Positions 57,908-64,000 of a DNA stretch of 64,000 nt are shown in pieces (position 1 is the stretch's first letter; every line of letters begins with the position of its first letter). The notes below the pieces were generated by a model. That model had not been told where the DNA came from. It made no database searches and saw nothing but the letters and a program-made list of their open reading frames with translations. Made by a program: the position numbers and the translations under genes. Source of the DNA: a bacterium (lineage in GTDB: Bacteria; NPL-UPA2; JAUVJM01); the NCBI GenBank assembly GCA_030606215.1, contig JAUWGW010000004.1, positions 13,047-77,046 on the forward strand. Direction: 5' to 3'.

Positions 57908-59305
57908 TCAATAGGCATGCTTGTGGAAGATAAACTCAAAAATAGTCTTTACAAGTATTTTTAAATCAAAGAATAGCGACCAGTTATCAATGTAATACAA
58001 ATCACATCCTGTCCTCTCATCAATTGCGGTGTTTCCACGGAAACCGTTCACCTGAGCCCAGCCTGTGAGCCCTGGTCTGACTTTATGTCTTTCCACATAC
58101 CGGGGTATGGATTGCCTGAACTGTTCCACAAATACCAGACGCTCCGGTCGAGGCCCTATCAAACTCATATCTCCTTTCAGAACACACCACAACTGCGGCA
58201 GTTCATCGAGACTGAATCGCCTTAACCAGTGACCAACCTTGGTTCTCCTGACATCGTTCCCCTTCGCCCATACAGGCCCTGTTTCCGATTCAGCATCAAC
58301 CCGCATCGAGCGGAACTTGCAAATTCTGAAAACTCCCCCCCCCTGCCCAACCCTTTCCTGAGTGAAGAAGACAGGTCCGGGGGAAGTAAGTCGGACAAGA
58401 ACCGCTATTACAATAAATAGAGGAAAAGTGATTATCAAGCCTATGAGAGAAACTGATACGTCAATGGCCCTTTTCAGAAACTTATTCCCTCCTTGAAGCG
58501 GTCCTTCCTTCAAACCAAAGACGGGAACTCCATCAATTTCTTCTACACTCAGGGGACCGGTAACAATATCAAATAAGTTTGATACCACTCTGAAAGGAAC
58601 CTTCCCACTTAGACAGCGATTCACAACGTCCATAAGTTTATCGTGTGTTGGCGATGAAAGAGCAATGATTGCCATTTCCGCACCTTTTTCACGGCATACA
58701 AGTGCTAAGTCTTCAATCTTTCCAAGCACCTTCTCCCCCTGGATTTTTCCCGAACCATCATCAAGAAAACCAACTACCTGGTAACCCAATCCCGGGTGGT
58801 TATGAATCCTCTCTTCAATCATCTTCGCAATAGCGCCTGTGCCCACAACAAGAACAGGTATTGCTCCAATCCCCCTAACTTTCATCTTTTCTTCAAGCCT
58901 GTCAAGTGAGACCCGGGAACTGCCCAGGAATACTGTGCTGATACCCCATGCAAGCATCAGAACCAGGCGGGAATATTCAAAGCCCCGATAGAAAAAAGTA
59001 ATTGCCATGAGAATCATAATTGCTAAAGAAGAGGCAATCATTGTAGAGTAGAACTCATCCGTTATACCTGAACGGCCCCGTCGGGGACGGTATAATCCCA
59101 GATTGCGAAAGACAAGGAGAAAAACTGCCGAGGCAAAAATCAACCCATGCAGATAGGGTCTAATAGACGGAACACCTCTGGGCGCCGGGAAACTGAACCT
59201 GAGCCAATAAGCAAGCAAAAAGGAAAGATTGACCAGCAGCAGATCAGCCGCAGCCAGAACTAAAGTGAAAAGACGCCTTTCCGTTTTTGAATCCATTCCC
59301 TGCAC
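57908..59305 (-). CDS. undecaprenyl-phosphate glucose phosphotransferase (WcaJ-like)
   Basis: N-terminal TM helices, KRAID, KFRSM, LDELPQL, GDMSLIGPRPE, PGLTGWAQVNG.RG. Confidence 0.94.
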   Translation of the reverse strand: MQGMDSKTERRLFTLVLAAADLLLVNLSFLLAYWLRFSFPAPRGVPSIRPYLHGLIFASAVFLLVFRNLGLYRPRRGRSGITDEFYSTMIASSLAIMILMAITFFYRGFEYSRLVLMLAWGISTVFLGSSRVSLDRLEEKMKVRGIGAIPVLVVGTGAIAKMIEERIHNHPGLGYQVVGFLDDGSGKIQGEKVLGKIEDLALVCREKGAEMAIIALSSPTHDKLMDVVNRCLSGKVPFRVVSNLFDIVTGPLSVEEIDGVPVFGLKEGPLQGGNKFLKRAIDVSVSLIGLIITFPLFIVIAVLVRLTSPGPVFFTQERVGQGGGVFRICKFRSMRVDAESETGPVWAKGNDVRRTKVGHWLRRFSLDELPQLWCVLKGDMSLIGPRPERLVFVEQFRQSIPRYVERHKVRPGLTGWAQVNGFRGNTAIDERTGCDLYYIDNWSLFFDLKILVKTIFEFIFHKHAY

Positions 59306-60381
59306 CTCTCCTCAACATAATCCTGAAATTTCTTCCTGAAATTCTCTACACCAAATTGAATCGCATGCTCACGAATAGTCTCTTGCTCAAAACTCATTTC
59401 CCGAAACTTCTTAACCGCATCTATAACAGCTTCCGGAGTCTGTTCATTGAAAAATATTCCTGTCCTCCCGTCAACTACAGTCTCAAGAAGTCCGCCCTTC
59501 CCATAAGCAATAACGGGACGTCCCGCTGATTGAACTTCAAGCGGAGCAAGTCCAAAATCTTCAATTCCAGCAAAAATCAGTGCACGACAGCGCTGATAGA
59601 GTCTGCGAAGTTCTGAATCTGAAACTTCTCTTAGGAATTCTATATTACTTTTCGCCTCTCTTTGAATTCTTTTCTTTAAAGGTCCCTCGCCAACTATTTT
59701 GAGAGGAAGTCCAAGTTCATTGAACGCATGCACCACTATATCAACTCTTTTATACGGCACAAAAGCAGAGACAACCAGGAAAAACTCATCCTGCTCGCTG
59801 CCAGGGATGAAGAAAGAAGTATCCGCCGGAGGATGAATAACGGCAGCTTCTCTCCTGTAATACTTTTCTATTCTACTTCTAACATTATTGGAAATTGCAA
59901 TGAAGTAGTCAACGCGATTACTACTCAGACAATCCCAGACCCGCAGATAATTCATCACCGGGAAAACAATTACTTTCCCGGCACAACTCAACTTCCCCCT
60001 GCCAAAATATTCCTGATACATATCCCATCCATACCGGAAAGGAGTATAGCAATAGCATATGTGGAGAGTGTCAGGAGTTGTCAGAACACCTTTTGCGGCA
60101 CAATGACTGCTGCTTATGACAAGGTCATACCCTCTTAAATCAAATTGCTCTACCGCCAGAGGAAATAGTGCAAGATATTTACGATACCATCTCAGGGAGA
60201 AGGGAAAATTCTGAAGGAATGAAGTCCTGACTCCCATATTATTTATTACTTTACTTATCTTCCCGGGATTATAGAAAAGAGTATAAATATCAGCGTCAGG
60301 ATACAACTTACAGAAGATTTCAAGAACTCTTTCCCCACCCCTCATACCTGTCAACCAGTCATGGACAATCGCAACTTTCAT
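59260..60381 (-). CDS. GT4 glycosyltransferase (WbaZ-like mannosyltransferase)
   Basis: VHDWLTGMRGGE, SSSHC.AKG, EDFGL.PLE. Confidence 0.92.
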   Translation of the reverse strand: MKVAIVHDWLTGMRGGERVLEIFCKLYPDADIYTLFYNPGKISKVINNMGVRTSFLQNFPFSLRWYRKYLALFPLAVEQFDLRGYDLVISSSHCAAKGVLTTPDTLHICYCYTPFRYGWDMYQEYFGRGKLSCAGKVIVFPVMNYLRVWDCLSSNRVDYFIAISNNVRSRIEKYYRREAAVIHPPADTSFFIPGSEQDEFFLVVSAFVPYKRVDIVVHAFNELGLPLKIVGEGPLKKRIQREAKSNIEFLREVSDSELRRLYQRCRALIFAGIEDFGLAPLEVQSAGRPVIAYGKGGLLETVVDGRTGIFFNEQTPEAVIDAVKKFREMSFEQETIREHAIQFGVENFRKKFQDYVEERCREWIQKRKGVFSL

Positions 60382-60404
60382 CAGCTCTCCTTCAACCTTC
60401 AGTC

Positions 60405-60470
60405 AGACATTATACAACTTTCCGACTACCAATATCAAAGACATTATACAAATAGTCTTACTATTTGTCA
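60405..60470 (-). promoter_or_regulatory. tandem sigma70 promoters with overlapping palindrome
   Basis: Direct repeat AGACATTATACAA at 60405 and 60439, each containing a minus-strand TATAAT; palindrome ACAAATAGT-CTT-ACTATTTGT at 60448-60468. Confidence 0.6.
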
Positions 60471-60472
60471 GC

Positions 60473-61573
60473 CTATTTTGCAAATAGTGCCACTTCTTTG
60501 TACACGGCAACTGTTTCCTTCGCTGTTTTAGCCCACGCAAACAACTCTGCCCGTTTTCTACCTTCAGCGGCAAGTTTGCTTCTTAGAGAATCATCTGTTA
60601 ATAGACGATACATTCCGTCTGCAAAAGCCTCTAAGTCTCCCGGGTTACACATAATAGCCGCTTCACCAACAACTTCCGGGAGGGAAGCCGCATTTGAGCA
60701 GACTACCGGCACTCCACTCGCCATTGCCTCAAGAGGCGGCAGACCAAAACCTTCATAGAGAGATGGGAAGACAAAAAGTTTCGCGCAGTTATAAAGAAGC
60801 GGCAATTCCTCATCCGGAATAAGCGGAAGAAATTTCACCCATTGCTCTATACCTTTATCACAGGCTTCCCTGATGAGCCCATCCGCAGGTTTACCCCCGG
60901 TTGTCAGGACCAAATTTTCCTGAAACTTTTCCCTCTCCTTGAGAAGCTTGAATGCCTTCAGGAGAATACCGAGATTCTTGTGGAGTTTCAAATTTCCAAC
61001 ATACAAAATAAAATTTTCCGGAAGTTCATATTTCTTTCTGAATGAGGAAAGTAAGTCTTCATTTTCAACAGGGTGAAATTTCTCATCAACTCCAAAAGGG
61101 ATCACTTTTATTTTCTCGGGAGGAACATTTAAACGTTCAACAAGGTCAGATTTAGTATGTTCAGATGCGGTTATAATTCTGACCGCCTTTTCTGTTACAC
61201 GTCTATACATATACTTAGCATAACGATAAGCTTTTCTGGATGGAAGATACTCTGAAAACTTGATATGGATAATATCCTGCACTGTAACTATAAGTTTCCC
61301 TCTGTAGAATAGAGGCGCATTATAATGCGGTGCGTGAAAAATGGGAAGTGCCTTGATTTTTAATGGTAATAATATCTGTTCACTGATACTATAAATTGGC
61401 GCAGTTAATTTTTTCACTTTGAAATGTTTGTATTCCCCAAGTTCCTTCAGGTCTCCAAATATAAGAAATTCACCGGCAGTTGGCACCTTTAAGTATTCAT
61501 TGAGTAGAGAGCGGATATATCTCCCTATCCCCGAATAATTTATCATCCTCGCATCAATTCCAACCTGCATCAC
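60473..61573 (-). CDS. GT4 glycosyltransferase (MtfB-like)
   Basis: IDAR, GIGRY, FVFPSLYEGFGLPPLEAMASG. Confidence 0.93.
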   Translation of the reverse strand: MMQVGIDARMINYSGIGRYIRSLLNEYLKVPTAGEFLIFGDLKELGEYKHFKVKKLTAPIYSISEQILLPLKIKALPIFHAPHYNAPLFYRGKLIVTVQDIIHIKFSEYLPSRKAYRYAKYMYRRVTEKAVRIITASEHTKSDLVERLNVPPEKIKVIPFGVDEKFHPVENEDLLSSFRKKYELPENFILYVGNLKLHKNLGILLKAFKLLKEREKFQENLVLTTGGKPADGLIREACDKGIEQWVKFLPLIPDEELPLLYNCAKLFVFPSLYEGFGLPPLEAMASGVPVVCSNAASLPEVVGEAAIMCNPGDLEAFADGMYRLLTDDSLRSKLAAEGRKRAELFAWAKTAKETVAVYKEVALFAK

Positions 61574-62671
61574 TCACCCCGCTACTTCCCGATAGACATT
61601 TAGAGTTTCTTCAGCACATTTCTTCCAAGAAAATTTCTTAGCTTGTTCAACCCCCATATTTTTCATATCCCCTCGCATTTTCTCATCAACCAGGATACTG
61701 TAAATGCATTCTGTCCATTCTTCAACACTCCATCCCTTAATAATTCTTCCGGCACTTCCAACAACTTCCGGAATGGAAGAAGTTGAGCCTGCAACCACAG
61801 GAACGCCGCTTGCCATTGCTTCAACGACAGGCAGTCCGAACCCTTCATAAATAGAGGGGAAAACAAAGACTTCAGCCGCATTGTAGAGATGAGGCAATTC
61901 ATCCGGAGGGACATATCCCGTAAAGAAAACTTTATTCTCAATCCCGAGTTCTGAAACCTTCCTGAAAAGATGCCCGTAATTCCATCCCTTACCACCGGCA
62001 AGCACTAAATGTAATGGTTCTGTAAATTTCTTTATCAGGGTATTATACACATCAATGAGGAAACTCAGATTCTTCCTCGGCTCAAGTGTTCCTACATGGA
62101 GTATAAACTTGCATCCCTCAGCATATTTCTTGCGAACTTCGTCCTGCTCCTCCGAATCTCTCGGGCGGAAACAGGAAGCAGCCCCGGGATAAATTACAAC
62201 AATTTTATCCTCACTCACATTAAGATTCTCCACAATATCCCGACATGTGCTTTCAGAGATTGCAATTATTTTTCTTGCCCGCTTAGCTGATAATTCCATT
62301 GTATAGCGAAGGCTGAGACGCACTTTCCAGTGATGCAGCTGCGGGAAGAGAATCGGAGTCAAATCAAAAATCGTAATCATTGCAGGACATGGCAAATATA
62401 GAGGGAGCGTAAAAAGCGGCGAATGCAAAAGGTCAACTCTTTCCTTCACTAAAGTATGCGGCAGCCCAACCTGCTGCCACAATGTTCCAAGAGGGAATCT
62501 GTTTATCCTGACCTCAACATTATCGCAGCTCAGCTCAAACATCAACGGTTTATGAGCGCAAATCAGATACTGATTATCTGACTCTTTAAGCTTTTCAAGA
62601 AGATGGTATGTATAATAACCTCCCCCCGTTTTCACTGTAGTTAAAGCCCTGCCATCAATTGCAATTTTCAA
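61574..62671 (-). CDS. GT4 glycosyltransferase (MtfB-like)
   Basis: VGTLEPRKN, FVFPSIYEGFGLPVVEAMASG. Confidence 0.93.
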   Translation of the reverse strand: MKIAIDGRALTTVKTGGGYYTYHLLEKLKESDNQYLICAHKPLMFELSCDNVEVRINRFPLGTLWQQVGLPHTLVKERVDLLHSPLFTLPLYLPCPAMITIFDLTPILFPQLHHWKVRLSLRYTMELSAKRARKIIAISESTCRDIVENLNVSEDKIVVIYPGAASCFRPRDSEEQDEVRKKYAEGCKFILHVGTLEPRKNLSFLIDVYNTLIKKFTEPLHLVLAGGKGWNYGHLFRKVSELGIENKVFFTGYVPPDELPHLYNAAEVFVFPSIYEGFGLPVVEAMASGVPVVAGSTSSIPEVVGSAGRIIKGWSVEEWTECIYSILVDEKMRGDMKNMGVEQAKKFSWKKCAEETLNVYREVAG

Positions 62672-63795
62672 CTGCCTGTCCCTACTTTCTTATAAAGCCT
62701 TAGAGTCTCCTCAGCACATTTTCTCCAGGAAAATTGTTTCGCTCGTTTAAGCCCTTTTCTTACCATCTTCCGCTTCAGTGAACCATCGTCAAGGACACTG
62801 ATAATTGCTTCTCTTATTTCTCCTGCATCCTCCGGATTAACAAGTATCCCGGCATCACCCACAATCTCGGGAAGCGAAGATTTATCGGAAGTGATAACAG
62901 GCACGCCGCACGCCATTGCTTCAAGAGGCGGGAAACCAAAACCTTCATAAAGAGATGGATATACGAAAACCGACGCGGCATTGTAGAGGAAAGGCAAGTC
63001 CGTTTCCGGAACATAATCCAGGAAAATTATCCTTTCCCCAAGATTTAACCTTTTAACTTCTTTGAAAATTTCCTCAAAAAGCCATCCTTTTCCACCTGCT
63101 ATAACAAGGCTTATGTCTCTATCCAGTTTATGAAAAGCATGCACAAGGTTTAAAATATTCTTTCTCGGCTCAATTGTTCCCACGAATAGAATAAATCTTT
63201 CAGGTAGATGATACTTCTCCCGTACAGGAATAAGCTCCTCATCATCTACAGGACGAAAGATTTCCTCCACGCCAAACCGGGTTACTTCAATTTTCTCCTC
63301 TGCCACATTGAGAAAACTCACAATATCAGCTTTTGCAGATTCAGAACCTGTGATTATCTTATCAGCCCTTTTTGTAGAGCGTGCCACCTTATATCTAATA
63401 TCGTGAAGCCTCTCCCTTGTGAAACAGTGCGAGAAAAGTATGTAGGATAAATCATATATATTCACTATTGAAGGAAATGATAAATTTGGCGTATAGTAGT
63501 TCAGTCCGTGAAATACATCATAATCCTTGAGAAAGGCGCCAATGGGAAGTATATCAAGTTTTTCTGTCAGAAGTCTGAATACCTTACCTGAGAACTTTAT
63601 AAGCCTATTGTGAAAATTTGGATTGTCAAAATGCGGAAGATTTGCTCTGCTCTGCCTGAGCGAAGCTCCGTAATATAGGAAATAGTCATTCTCAGAATCT
63701 ATCTCTCCAAGAGCTTTTAGAAGACTCCTGGTATATCGTCCAATTCCAGCTAATGGTTCAAGGAGAGGCTGAGCGTCTATAATAATGCGCATCAA
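62668..63795 (-). CDS. GT4 glycosyltransferase (MtfB-like)
   Basis: GIGRY, VGTIEPRKN, YPSLYEGFGFPPLEAMACG. Confidence 0.93.
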   Translation of the reverse strand: MMRIIIDAQPLLEPLAGIGRYTRSLLKALGEIDSENDYFLYYGASLRQSRANLPHFDNPNFHNRLIKFSGKVFRLLTEKLDILPIGAFLKDYDVFHGLNYYTPNLSFPSIVNIYDLSYILFSHCFTRERLHDIRYKVARSTKRADKIITGSESAKADIVSFLNVAEEKIEVTRFGVEEIFRPVDDEELIPVREKYHLPERFILFVGTIEPRKNILNLVHAFHKLDRDISLVIAGGKGWLFEEIFKEVKRLNLGERIIFLDYVPETDLPFLYNAASVFVYPSLYEGFGFPPLEAMACGVPVITSDKSSLPEIVGDAGILVNPEDAGEIREAIISVLDDGSLKRKMVRKGLKRAKQFSWRKCAEETLRLYKKVGTGS

Positions 63796-63802
63796 TCACT
63801 CC

Positions 63803-64000
63803 TTAATAGGCTGGGACCAGTGTCGAAACTTCAAAACTAACTTTCAAAAAACCATCTTTCCCGGGAATTAGATGGAGATTCCCGATACGAAGCGGCTCAG
63901 GGGAATTCTCCACATTATACAGATAATTTAGCAGATGACCCATATCTATTCCATTCAGCTCAACAGTGACCTGGCTTTCCACATGCTCATCATTAAGTTT
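63803..64000 (-). CDS. 3' end of a gene running off the window; GspM/PilO-like C-terminus
   Basis: Open frame KLNDEHVESQVTVELNGIDMGHLLNYLYNVENSPEPLRIGNLHLIPGKDGFLKVSFEVSTLVPAY*, stop at 63803-63805; absent from the ORF track. Confidence 0.6.
   Translation of the reverse strand, partial: KLNDEHVESQVTVELNGIDMGHLLNYLYNVENSPEPLRIGNLHLIPGKDGFLKVSFEVSTLVPAY

Noticed and set aside
63914-63919. TATAAT upstream of the GT4 cluster
   Set aside because: Lies inside the partial upstream CDS with no matching -35.
1-64000. CRISPR array, prophage, IS transposase, integrase at the tRNA, intein in dnaB, riboswitch
   Set aside because: No regularly spaced repeats, no phage or transposase ORFs, DnaB is normal length, and no riboswitch consensus was recognised by eye.

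Overview
Gene-dense 64 kb window from a diderm bacterium (lpxD, gmhD, tol-pal present). Gene style suggests a PVC-associated or candidate phylum such as Omnitrophota; that is inference only. Most of it is housekeeping: tRNA-Pro(CGG), pcm, purD, a tsaC/phosphatase fusion, rpiB, mtnA, thiL, tsaE, a tsaB-rimI fusion, alr, rsmI, dnaB-rplI-rpsR-ssb-rpsF, ychF-pth-rplY, tolQRAB-pal, a MrfA/Hrq1-like helicase fused to a DEDD nuclease domain, and glycosyltransferase clusters. Four things stand out. (1) A tightly coupled minus-strand operon (24154->11078): three SPFH (HflK/HflC-like) genes with no ftsH, an atypical P1B-type ATPase, a PilGHI/Xap-like ABC module and a histidine kinase/sigma54 activator pair, followed by a consensus sigma54 promoter with no obvious cognate gene. 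(2) A secreted-protein island (38961-44743) with two CFI-box-CTERM proteins bracketed by two beta-barrel proteins and interrupted by hicB plus a truncated hicA. (3) Several families of short palindromic repeats, some inserted in frame in conserved genes (tsaB, alr, ychF, the helicase). (4) Several apparently leaderless promoters. All calls come from motif recognition; no searches were run. Start codons were adjusted by eye where the ORF track over-extends.
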